Shown: positions 1-12,330 of the stretch, in pieces
How positions within the stretch are numbered: the first letter of the stretch is position 1
How the letters are laid out: the number at the start of each line of letters is the position of its first letter
DNA from: Trichoplax sp. H2
Lineage: Eukaryota
Assembly (NCBI GenBank): GCA_003344405.1
Contig: NOWV01000300.1
Location: 1 to 58,738, forward strand
Direction: 5' to 3'
DNA length: 58,738 nt
Notes under the pieces: generated by a model
The model's database searches: none
Seen by the model: the letters and a program-made list of their open reading frames with translations, nothing else
Told to the model about the DNA's origin: nothing
Program-made: the position numbers and the translations under genes

Positions 1-379
1 TGTGTAGCTCTTCTATGAATAAACAGAAAAGAGCCAGCTGCAATGTAATAGGGCTATTGCTATTTCACTAAATTATATTTCAAGTTACACGGGTACTTAA
101 GCACACCGAGGTTCTATTTTTAACAAGTAAAAATTTTATTGTACGTTTTACTCCTTATCTCTACTGCTAGTGATAAGCAACTAAGAATCGAGTCGATAAA
201 AAATATTTGTATCGTAATACATTTTAAAATTATTAAGATTATTATTATTATATTATGCATTGTACTAGCAGTTACTACAAACTATGTTACCGTATGCAAA
301 TTGCATAATTTATACAGTTATTATAAGATCGATAGAATGGTAATCGTATAATTTACAGCATCAGGACATTAAGCTTCAA

Positions 380-2233
380 TTATTTCCTTGTTGGAGCAAT
401 TATGCCTTCTAATTGAGCCTAAGGAGTTGTAATGATTAATACACAGACATTAGATGCATATTAATCGATCAATTACTAAAAAAATATAGTGACTAGATTT
501 ACGTACTTTCAACTGTTGGTTCGTTCTCTTTAAAAATTGAATCTCTTCTGTGTGTCTTTTTTCTTCTACCATTCTTCTTTCAGCTTCACGCTTTTCGATA
601 GCTTCGCATTTTGCTTTTAGTTCGTTTACTTGTCTCTCTGAGTCTCGTTTTTCAGATTCTAATTCACTAATTTTATTTTCCATGTCAGCTTTACCTTGTT
701 CCGCTTGTAAAGCTTTTCTCATACCGAAGGCAACACTTTATTGAAATGGTAGAATTGATTAAAAAACAAAAATTATAAGAAATCGAGTCACAGAATGTAG
801 TTTCAACCTGCTTTCGTATAGTGTTTGATAAGCTGCAATAGTCATCCGTATTTCATCCCTAACCCTGTAATGATTAAAGGTTGTATATAAGTTTTCATCA
901 GTGGAAAGGCATGATGATTGATTGGCTTAATAAGAGTTCAGATACTGACTAAATGTCATTACATTACCTCAAAAGTAGAAGACCACGTTCAGCGCAGTTT
1001 ATTGTAACTTGTCTTATGAGCTCATCTAAAATATTTCCCCAAAAAGTATAAAGCATAAGCTACCATTAACCGAACTATTACATGATTATTCGTCGACAAT
1101 TAACTTCATTACCAAATGACTGCGAATATAGTTCTCTGCGAACAGGACATATTCCAGTCTCTCTAGCTTGCCTCTGTTGAAGCTTCTGGTCTAGTTGTTC
1201 TTGTAGGTTCACTACATCGAGGCGAGTTGCTGGAGTACTGGAAACTTGTTGGGTCCATAGTTGTCCATTATCTTGCCATTCTCTGTAAAAAAAAAAGTAG
1301 AGAAGTGAATATATATGGAAGGAAAAAGAATTTATAGCATTTAGAGACGGTATAGTAATAATGTAGATTCAAAGACATTTTAAGAAATTATAATATTGTC
1401 TTATATTTTATATCACATCCAGGTGACTCATTTACTGAAATCTAAGACATACTTTGGTGGTAAAATAGAGTTCAAAATTTCTTCCGTCTGTTGATTTTTT
1501 TGGGCTTCAACTGGTGGCAACTTAGATGTTTTGGGAGGCGAAGGTACAGGACCAGCGGGAGAGCCATTACCAGTAACTGTAGCACCACTCACCTTTCCTT
1601 TTTGCTATCGCATCACAAAGTAGAGATTATGTTATGCATTGCGTCCCTGGCTATTCCTGCTAAAGCTTACCACTTCATCTATCACTATTCATAGACTAAA
1701 TTACTAGTTTATTAATCTATTTAGGAAAATATTGCGACACTGATAGTGACACATTCATTTTTATTGAGTCAATTCGCTGTAAAAAAATTGACGGTAATAT
1801 TAATTTAGGGAATTAGTTTTACTATAATATTACTTGACCGTAGCGACTATCATGAAAAGTTTAAACTTTACAATTTAGTCCTGTAATAATACTATCAATA
1901 CCGTTGCAAACTTTCTATAATAAATTTTATAGTTAATGCTAATTTCATGCTATGAAGAAAGTATGTTAAGAAGCTATGAAATTGGAAATATAGGGTGGCA
2001 ATATAAGAGCAAAAAATGCATAAGATAAAAGAAGTAGAATTGGTTGTTAACGAAACCAAGGATGATACTATATTTGGCTAGTTATACATTTACGGTTATC
2101 GTTTATGCTAAGTGGAATAAAATGACAAATAGTGTTACAGGATCTAGTCTACCTTTGTAGCTTTTTTTTCGGTGTTTCTACTAACTAAGATTGGATTATC
2201 ATATTTTAGCAAAGAGGTATTTGGAGGAACCAT
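380..2233 (-). CDS. DNALI1: Axonemal dynein light intermediate chain (p28), multi-exon
   Basis: Exon 2233-2153 reads MVPPNTSLLKYDNPILVSRNTEKKATK; exon 1604-1453 ends QQTEEILNSILPP; internal exons give QQVSSTPATRLDVVNLQEQLDQKLQQRQARETGICPVRRELYSQSF and ELIRQVTINCAERGLLL; ORF 450-722 gives MRKALQAEQGKADMENKI...KRTNQQLK; last exon AQLEGIIAPTRK with stop at 382-380. GT-AG boundaries. Confidence 0.96.
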
Positions 2234-2463
2234 GGCGCCAAATGCAGGTAGCTGCTGTATTGATAGAATTGAAGGTGAAATATTAAATGAAGAATAAAGT
2301 AGTAGTGTGCTGAGGCTGCGTTCGTTATGCTCTACTTTTCTCGTTAGACTTACATAACCTTTATAAACTACGTATATATATACAGTATACGAAACTATAG
2401 CTATGCAGACAACATAGCGCTAACATAGTGTACAGTGCTGCAACTGTATTTTGGATATATTCC

Positions 2464-2477
2464 GTTGCTATAGTGAT
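2464..2477. promoter_or_regulatory. Candidate RFX X-box upstream of DNALI1
   Basis: GTTGCTATAGTGAT: a good GTTGCT-AT half site and an imperfect second half, about 230 bp upstream of the ATG of a motile-cilium gene. Confidence 0.4.
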
Positions 2478-4465
2478 AGATAAAAACGCACAAATACTAT
2501 ACGCTGCTTTATTACAGTGCGCTGCCTACTGCCAGTACAGTACAGTACAGTGTACTGTACTGTACACTACAGTGTACAGTAGGTAAAATCAGCACAGTAG
2601 TACTGTACAGACTATACTGTAGACTGTACTGTCCACTACAGCAGTTAAGCGGAAAGTGTAATATCAATACTGTACTGTACGCTTTACAGTGTACAGTACA
2701 GTTCTCCGGCCCTCTGCCGTTGTGATTGAAATCAACGATGTACTGTACTGTAAGTTGGAGCTCCTGTAATTCTGTACTGTACAGTACAGTGTATGTACAG
2801 TGTTCTCTTACTTAAAGTTGTCCCCTTTTGGGCCACCGTAGTTTTTACTAGTACCATTTTTACAGTGTACAGTACTGTACAACTTTGTATGTGTCCCTTC
2901 TGGGCCAGCGTAGTACAGTACAGTATACTGTAGACTGTACAGTATGTCTAAGATATTTCAGCCGATANNNNNNNNNNNNNNNNNNNNTTGAGTTATTTCT
3001 TCATCAAAATCAATAAAATTTTATACGTGTGCCACGGATGTTCTGTAGAACAGAAATCTAACTGCAGATTTGAAATTAGAAGCTCATAAGCTATCGATTG
3101 ATATAAATTTCAAATAGATTTGATCAATTCTTAAGCGTTTACTTTCATTTTTCGTAATCTGAGGAGAAAATAATCACGCTNNNNNNNNNNNNNNNNNNNN
3201 GCTATGCAGACAACATAGCGCTAACATAGTGTACAGTGCTGCAACTGTATTTTGGATATATTCCGTTGCTATAGTGATAGATAAAAACGCACAAATACTA
3301 TACGCTGCTTTATTACAGTGCGCTGCCTACTGCCAGTACAGTACAGTGTACTGTACAGACTATACTGTAGACTGTACTGTCCACTACAGCAGTTAAGCGG
3401 AAAGTGTAATATCAATACTGTACTGTACAGTGTACACTTTACAGTGTACAGTACAGTTCTCCGGCCCTCTGCCGTTGTGATTGAAATCAACGAGAAGCGT
3501 TGAAGTTTATTGGATTTACAGTTGTATACCATTTTATTTACTTTATTCTATTTTGGAAATATCTGTTACAGACAATACAGTACTGTACGTACTGTGTGTA
3601 CACAATAATGTATTGTACAGTACAATGTACTGTACATACAGTAAGTTGGAGCTCCTGTAATTCTGTACAGTCGGTTTTAATAATTTTCCCCAGCATACTG
3701 TACTGTACATTGCGCTGTCACAGCCGCGGTACTGTCTGTATACGGTGTAAAGCACCCTCAAAGTGAACGGACGTACAGATAATCGCGCAGACGAAGCTTG
3801 CTACGCACAAATCGGTCTAATCACGGTCATCATTAGTATTCTTATTAATAACGCGCTGTACTTATACTGTACAGTATTTTCATTACTATTCTGCGCAGAA
3901 ACAGTATCTTTGATTCATTGACCCGACGAGCACAACTGTTAAAGTAAAAACCGTACAGATTGTGTTCTCTTACTTAAAGTTGTCCCTTTTGGGCCACCGT
4001 AGTTTTTACTAGTACCATTTTTATAGTGTACAACTTTGTATGTGTCCCTTCTGGGCCAGCGTAGTACAGTATAGACTGTATAGTACTGTACAGTCTGCAG
4101 TCAGGAGTCCCTGGTACGGTACAGCACGACATTACGTAATATGCTATACTCAGCATCTGCATCTACAGTACATAGGGCAAAGCTTTATACAGTACTGTAC
4201 TGTACAGTACAGTACTGTAGTACTGTAGACCAGTGAGCTAGCTACAGTACATGTACTCTATACAGTAGTACAGTACTGTATTGTATTTACAGTACGTCAT
4301 AAAAATTACTGGGAAGGTCTTTTGCCCTATCGCCNNNNNNNNNNNNNNNNNNNNTGGGCCACCGTAGTTTTTACTAGTACCATTTTTACAGTGTACAGTA
4401 CTGTACAACTTTGTATGTGTCCCTTCTGGGCCAGCGTAGTACAGTACAGTATACTGTAGACTGTA

Positions 4466-4597
4466 CAGTATGTCTAAGATATTTCAGCCGATAAATTTTA
4501 ACTAGCAAAATCGATTGATGTATTATTTGTTCACTTTCCGAAATTTATTTGTTTTTGGATGTTAAAATTTATCGGCTGAAATATCTTAGACATACTG
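4466..4597. mobile_element. 132-bp MITE with Tc1/mariner-type ends
   Basis: Perfect 37-bp terminal inverted repeats (4466-4502, CAGTATGTCTAAGATATTTCAGCCGATAAATTTTAAC, and 4561-4597), TA on both sides, and an empty site with a single TA at 4079-4080 in the duplicated copy. The left end recurs at 2940-2967, cut by a gap. Confidence 0.9.
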
Positions 4598-5013
4598 TAT
4601 AGTACAGTCTGCAGTCAGGAGTCCCTGGTACGGTACAGCACGACATTACGTAATATGCTATACTCAGCATCTGCATCTACAGTACACAGGGCAAAGCTTT
4701 ATACTGTACTGTACAGTACAGTACAGTGCTGTACTGTAGACCAGTGAGCTAGCTACAGTACATGTACTCTATACAGTAGTACTGTATTGTATTGTACGTC
4801 ATAAAAATTACTGGGAAGGTCTTTTGCCCTATCGCCAGTACAGTACAGTATAATTAGTGTTAACTTCCAATTAAACTCATCATATTTTTACAGTCGAGGA
4901 AAAAAGTAAGGTCAAGAAATAGCGAAGAGTAAAAAAAGCATTGTAATAGTTGGAATCAACACCACAATATTATTACAGACTTAAAGCTATATCCAATATC
5001 ATAAGCGTTAAAA

Positions 5014-8000
5014 ATGGGAGCTATCTGTTCTCTTGCTGGTTGTGCTGCTTCGGTACGGAGATCTGTAACATACGTAGATTGTAAAAGATATTTTCATATT
5101 TTACTTCACAGACATTGATAGAAAGTGCGGTAACATAAATATACAGTACACAATGAGTACAGGGACGATGTATGTTTTTATTTCATCTGCCGATTGCATT
5201 TTCCAGAAAATTTTTAATCTAAAAAATTTCTTTTCCTGTTATAGTTGGCTTGCTGTTGCGGTAGCGCTGCTTGCAGTTTATGTTGTTCTTCATGTCCTTC
5301 TTGCAAGAATTCAACTTCATCACGAGTCATGTACACCGTGGTTCTGATGTTATGTTTGATAATATCGTGCATCGTTTTAGCTCCTGGTCTTCAAGGTACT
5401 CTCGAGAAGGTGCGACCATATAATGTTGAATACTGATAATCGATATTATGTAATTAATTTGATTTCTTGTGGATGGCTTTCGATCTATCAATAGAATTTA
5501 GTATTTATATGATTTACGGCATATTTTTTCGTATTTCTCAATGTCCAGTACAGTAAGCTACGGACAACAGTAGTCTGTATGTGGTCGTACAGTACGTACT
5601 GTACAGTACTGTACGACGTTTGTTTTTCGTATCATGTCTCTTCATACAATATACTGTATATTACAGTACCACATACGCCTGATGTACTGTAATTACAGAA
5701 GTACAGTCAGAAGATTAATCGCTGTTACAGTACTACGGTGAATAGACAGGTAAAATAAATTAAATGCTTTAAACAATCTTATGACTTTATATATCTAGAT
5801 TCCTGGCTTTTGCTCTCATTTGACTGATTGTAACAAGTTGGTTGGATACCTAGCTGTCTATCGTGTTTGCTTCGCGTTTGCACTTTTCTATTTACTCATG
5901 TGTGTTTTGATGATCAATGTTAAAAATAGCCGGGATTCTCGATCTTCAATTCAAAATGGGTATGTTCATGGTCTTCAATTCAAATTCAGCAAAAACCTTT
6001 ACGTCTGTAATCTTCATCTGACATACTTTAGGGCATGATCAGTTATTTACTAACAATCATTATTTAATAATATGATCTGCATATAAGTTCACTGTTCACG
6101 TGGTATATTTGCATTTCTAAGAAATTCGCCACACTTGAGAAGGAGTAGTGGGTTGCAAGGCACAACTACATGTTGCTAAATTCGAGTTATCTTGCGAAAA
6201 TTTGCTTAATCTACATTAGATCGTATACTACACGGTACAATCCTAATTGTAGCCCTTTTTGGGGATCAATCGAGTTTGTCTTACCTGTAATTTCATTGCC
6301 ATAGGTTCTGGGCTGTAAAATTCTTAATCATTGGTGGCGTTTTGATCGGTGCTTTCTTTATCCCGCGTGGTAGTTTTAGTCAGGGTGAGTATTAACTAAG
6401 CATAGAAGTTCAGCATCGATCTAAAAATCGATACAATAGACGCTTATATACAATAGCTTATTATTTGTCCGTCCATATTACAACTTAATATCTGCATGTT
6501 ATCCTTTACACTTCTTAACATTTACCGTTTAACTCTTGAATCAATTCCGTATGCTACGAAATGTATTGACCAAGTCTTGCTACATGTATATATATATAGT
6601 ATGGATGATATTTGGCTTAGGTGGCGCTTTCCTCTTTATCATTATCCAGCTTATTATAATGGTTGACTTTGCCCATTCTTGGAATGAATCATGGTATCGT
6701 ATAGATATGACTTTATTATGCTTACTCGATATACTTTTAATAGGAATAGATCGAGAGAATTGTATTGATGTTGCTTTTCATATGACCAAAACTTTAATCC
6801 TTGATATTTACAGGGTAGGCAAGGCTGAAGAAACTGATAATAAGATTTGGTTTTATGGTAAGCGATTTTAGGCATGTTTTGACGAAATGAAACTATGTTG
6901 ACTACAATTAAACCAATCTGTATTTTACATCTCATCCTGTGTAGGCTTGCTGTTCTTTACTGTCGCCATGTATTGTGCAACTATTACTGCTACAGTATTA
7001 TTCTACGTGTTCTTTACCAAGGTATGAATGTAAATGCTATTATAACAAAGGATTGTGATTGTAAGAACATGTAGACGTGATATAAGGAATGTTATTTTCT
7101 ATATATTGTTTCACTAGGAGAAATCTTTTTTACAATATTAGGTTTTCTTATCTATTTTATTGCATTTATTTTATAGCCTGATGGTTGTGGATTGAATAAA
7201 TTCTTCGTGAGCTTCAATTTAATAGCATGCATTATCATTTCTATCATTGCAATCTTACCCAAAGTGCAAGAAGTTCAACCGCGATCAGGCCTGCTTCAAT
7301 CTGCTGTTATTTCACTTTACACTACTTACTTGACTTGGTCTGCCATGTCTAATGAACCAGGTATCTAACCCTCGATATTATCGTTGATTGCAGCTGGTGG
7401 TCAAAGTAGATATGTAGAATCGTTACTGAAGCAACTTTAATTTTAAATTAGATGCGAAATGTAATCCGCAAGGCGTCACTTTGGAAGGCGGCAAATTAAC
7501 TCCTCACGCAGATTTCCAAACTGTTATTGGCATTATAGTATTGTTTGTTATGGTTATTTATTCGAGGTATGGTTAATGGTATTTATTTGTATTAGTAATA
7601 TGCAATTGAAGAACTGGATAGTTTTTAATATTTTATTCCTGAAATTCTTGGATGTACTATATTGACTCTGTAGTTTAAATTGTGCTTTACAGTAAAGGTT
7701 TCATTATTTCCATCATTACGTTTAATGTTACAATATCATTAAAATGACCCATTTTAGTGTGAGAAATTCGTCGGCTACAAGCGTTGGTCGATTCTCATTA
7801 TCCAGTAATAAAGAAGAGGTATGGGTGGATGCTATTCTTATGGTGGACATGTGATAATTATGTTGTGATGATATTGTTTAACTTTAATATCGGTATACGC
7901 GTATTATAAATTTTAATAGACTACGGCTATACCTGAACCCTCTTCAGCTCCAAGTGGAGATGAAGAAAGTGGAAGACCTGGGCAGAAAGTATGGGACAAC

Positions 8001-8358
8001 GAACAAGATGCTGTCGCCTATAGTTATTCCTTTTATCACTTTATGCTTGCTTTAGCTACATTTTACATAATGATGCAGTTGACCAATTGGTACAGGTAAA
8101 TGGATATTTAGAGAACTTTTCAATATTCATTATACTGTACTCGATCAATTTTTAATTTTATACAAGATGCATTTCCTATTTATTAAAGATGCTATTATTT
8201 GCTTTTACCATATTAGTCCCGAAAGTGCAAGCATCGTAAGCCTTTCCAGTAATTGGTCATCAGTTTGGGTTAAGATAGCGTCGTCGTGGGTGTGTATGTT
8301 ACTCTATATTTGGACATTAGTAGCACCGTTAATTTTGCCCAATCGCGATTTTTCTTAA
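5014..8358 (+). CDS. SERINC: Serine incorporator (SERINC/TMS1 family) membrane protein, multi-exon
   Basis: Starts [43 protein letters not shown]; contains [71 protein letters not shown] and [25 protein letters not shown]; ends [31 protein letters not shown]. Confidence 0.97.
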
Positions 8359-10096
8359 ATAACTGATGGCACCATTACGTTTATCTGTATTGTTTCTATC
8401 TTGTGATGAGCTGCAATACATGTAAGGTGTAAGTGAAGTTAGTAATTGAGTACTTGAGTAAGTATCAGAACATTCTGAAAGGACAGCAACTGTCATGCTT
8501 ACAGTTTTGTTTCATATAATACCTACCGCGGCATCTTTATGTATGACTCTGTTCTATGCAGATATTGCTCATGTTGTAATTATTTTACTGAGTACACATT
8601 GGATAGTGATTACTCTGATATAAGGGTGTACTATTGCATTTTAACATTTGCTGGAAATTTTAAGTTAAACTAAAAATTGTACACTGCTTTAGACTAGTTA
8701 ACAGGCTAACTTATAGTTGCTAAAGCGTGAAATAAGATTAACGTCGGTTTGATAATGATAATCATCGATTACAAAGAATGAGCCAATAATTCATTATGGC
8801 AGCCGTGTTATGCCATTTCTATTGTGTAATTGAAATTGACAGTATACTAAGTATGTAAGTATGTAATGTTTTCTCCTAGAGTATCGATCGGTAATGTAAT
8901 GTTGTATTGCAGCGTGACAATTGTGTTATGCATTATCATAAATAATTGTAAGTTATAGGGTAGGGGTAAAGGGTAATAAAAAAAAAGGCTTCAACTAATT
9001 CAAGTATACTGTAGCCAGTTGTGATTTGAAAGGTTGTTATGTTGCATGTTGTGAACAAATGTTTTACAATATATTGTAAGTTGTTATCTTTATATACCAC
9101 CATGTTGAGTTATTGTTTCATCATGCGTAAGTGACGTAAGTAGGTTAATACTGCTATTTCTATGGAGGAAAATTGATTTGGAAATTTCTCTTGTGACTAT
9201 CGCATGATTACTATCGTTGCTTACTTGTACAGTAAACTTTCTTATCTGAGTATGATTGATGTAGTTTATTTATTATGTAGTCGTTGTAAAGTTGCATTAT
9301 TGTTAGAAAAGAGCTTGCTGATCTATGATATCAACACTGTAGTTTTATTAGTTCCACAGATATACCGTAATAATATCAAGTAGAAATGACTCTACTTGGA
9401 TGGGACAGAGATTGAGAAATGGAGGAAAAAAAATGTGAAATTGGCAATGAATTTGATTGAAAATGGTAGGGCGGAACTTTTCCCAAGTCATTTGTTTTCA
9501 ATTGAGTCCAGTTTATACTGTATTGTGATTTAAAACAGTATGATCGAGAAGATTGGGTACGGATTCTGCTTTTTAATCTTTGGCAAATATTGAAATTGCT
9601 TTAAATGAATGTGTATATCGTATAAGAAGTAACATCGATGTTGAATATTCACTTTAGAGCGAGACCTTTTTGCAAAATGAAGTTGATGTTTTTTGTCTTG
9701 CTAGTGTGTTTACCAATGTGAAGGACAGTACAGTACGTATCGTACAGTAACACGGTCAGACTATATTATAGGGAAAATTATTAAAATAGAAGATTATTAA
9801 TGCATCATCATGCGCCATTGTCCTCTACAATATACTGTACAATACAGGCTAACGGCAGCCTACGATACTGTGGAAAAAAAAAAAAAGGGCAAAATTGACA
9901 GTGAACGATCAATGCAAAAATGAAAAAGAAAGCAAGTCGCTAGAGATAGACTGATGTCTGTTTTTGTGGTGGTGAAAAACAAAAACTGTTGTTGAGAAGC
10001 TATCGTGTGTTCTGTCAAGATCGGAAAAGGCTAAACTCTTCTTTTTGATTGACTGCAGCGATATGAGTGTGGGTACAGTAAGGATTACTGGATACT

Positions 10097-10676
10097 ATAG
10101 TAAGAATGCGCAAGATGAGTAGTCGATGGATGATGCTATAGCATCGTCCATCGACAGACTGCCGTACTCGATGTCCTTGCTGCCATCGAGTACTTTACGA
10201 TGGCAGATCGATGAAAGCAAGAAGCTTTTACTTTGACTTTGACCGTGACAGTGGAGTGCTGTAACAGTAGTAGACTGGCCATCCATAGTAAGAATGCGCA
10301 AGATGAGTAGTCGATGGATGATTCCATCGAATTGCCATCTAACATACTGCTACATCGTCCATCGTACTCGATGTCTCAGCAAGGCCATCGAGGACGATGG
10401 CAGATCGATGAAAGCAAGAAGCTTTTACTTTGACCGTGACGGTGGGGTACCGTAACAGTAGTAGACTGGCCATCCATAGTAAGAATGCGCAAGATAAGTA
10501 GTCGATGGATGATTCCATCGAATTGCCATCTACACACTGCTACATCGTCCATCGACTATCTGCCATCGTACTCGATGTCTCAGCAAGGCCATCGAGGACG
10601 ATGGCAGATCGATGAAAGCAAGAAGCTTTGAGTTTGACCGTGACAGTGGAGTGCTGTAACAGTAGTAGACTGACCA
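10097..10676. repeat. Tandem repeat, 3 units of about 190-200 bp
   Basis: Units start ATAGTAAGAATGCGCAAGAT at 10097, 10285 and 10476; internally rich in TCGATGG/CCATCGA motifs in both orientations. Confidence 0.92.
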
Positions 10677-10689
10677 TACTGTACAACCA

Positions 10690-12330
10690 CGATTGAAGTC
10701 AACCGCGGGCAAAATGCTTGGCATTCATTTAACCGGTGTGGTAGTGGGAAAATACCGGTTTGCAAGTTTTGAAGGGGGGTCTACGCCGCGCCATCGACCG
10801 CCCCCATGGCACATTCCGTACTGGCTGTCCGTCGGTATTCTCGGCTGCAACGCTTGCCTCTCCAATACGGTACAGTACTGTCCAGGCAGTCAAGCGGCAA
10901 GTACGACTCACCCGGTCAGTGTGTCATTGCAATCGTGTTCCATCGTCTGCCGACTGCAGGGCTGATCCAATTTTTCAACCGTTTGCCGTCAACCTCTCCT
11001 CACTGGTCATCAATTGAATCCGTCAATGACTGATCGTTTTCAGGTAAAGCAGAAGGAATCATTTCTCTTCTAGCTGATTGCATGGATGATAGAGTAAAGG
11101 GAATTGCTCATCATCCATTGGATTGACAAGGATCGAAATGCTTCTTTTCCACGCTAATCTAACGTGTCCGATACATGGCTTGATAACGATGCTTTGTACA
11201 ACATGCTTTTTTTCCATCATTTTTCATCGTTTGTGGTACAGTAGGTTGTCGATGGGTGTCATGACTTTCAATCATGATATTCCATTTCAATGTGCAATGC
11301 AAGAAGTTTTTCTCATGCATTTTATCCTTTTTTTCCATCGCTTTTTCAACCATATCTACTATAGAGAAGCGTTGAATGGACTCTTGCATTTTTTTTCCCC
11401 CCTTCCAACACAATAAAAGACTTGCCATCATCAAGTCAAAGTCAAATAGATAAGAATGATCATTTACTTTACTTTACAGTCGCCATGATGAAAGATTGCT
11501 TCAAGTCTTTTCCACCAATGATCAAATCCAATCGTCTACGATTCAATATCTTTTGCACGGATAATGGGCCTAAAGTTGTAAAATTTCATGGCCCAACGTT
11601 GGAAAGGACATGGATAGAAGAGATTTGACGCTTTTCCTAACGGCACCAAGCCAGTGTCCGCAAATGGAATGGATTGATTTGACACAATCCAATGCACCCT
11701 TCTTTCTCCAATCATGTCTTCTTTTCCAATCAATGTTATTCTTCAACTAGTCTAGTACGCTTGTCCATGTTCTTCATCTACACCATGATGGACATGTGGC
11801 ATGTGGTCTTGTACACTTGGATGCATCGCTGATGTAAAAGAGTTCATTGAAAAGTAATGAGGATGGCAATTTAATACACACATACACATATACAGACGTT
11901 CAAAAGATTCCTTGAAATAGCCAATGCAACGGACTATAGACTCAGTGCCACAGTATTCATAGTTTGATTGAGATTGCCAAAATACAATGCAGGCTTATTT
12001 CTCTACAAAATGAAAATGGAAGAAAATGCAATTGATTTTTCTCCCTTTCAATTAGTTCAATTTCTGTACAAAATAGCCGTCATTCTAGTGACATCTTTTT
12101 ACGCGTTCAATCCTTCAAGAGACAAGAACGAGATTGTCCTGACAGTATCATCATCATCATCATCATTATAAACACCGTCCAACCAAACTAGACTGCGTTC
12201 TACAATTCTTTCCTACTCTACTTTCTTCATCTACTTGCCTAAAGCGGAACGAGTGTGTTGTAATCGTTCCATTTTTTTTTACAATCCTTGCTCAATTGTG
12301 AACAATATTTTCTGATTGCAAGTTCAAACT
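10690..12330 (-). other. Compositionally distinct degraded element (possible viral or transposon relic), family unassigned
   Basis: GC-rich block at 10690-11000 followed by intronless, broken coding-like frames (11159-11434 and 11536-11733 on -). Adjacent to the 190-bp tandem array. No domain recognised. Confidence 0.35.

Larger units (their letters stand above)
2400..4835. repeat. Near-identical duplicated segments separated by N gaps (probable uncollapsed haplotypes), rich in TACAG/CTGTA
   Basis: 2400-2737 matches 3201-3492; about 2799-2940 matches 3962-4080 and 4355-4465; 4090-4334 matches 4603-4836. N runs at 2968-2987, 3181-3200 and 4335-4354. Confidence 0.85.

Noticed and set aside
3269..4228. 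Several 60-90 aa ORFs rich in Y, C, T, V, Q (also at 27527-28543, 45131-46902 and 57707-57940)
   Set aside because: These are translations of TACAG/CTGTA low-complexity repeats with no protein signature.
10097..10676. Possible CRISPR array
   Set aside because: Whole units of about 190 bp are repeated with no unique spacers, there are no cas genes, and the context is eukaryotic.
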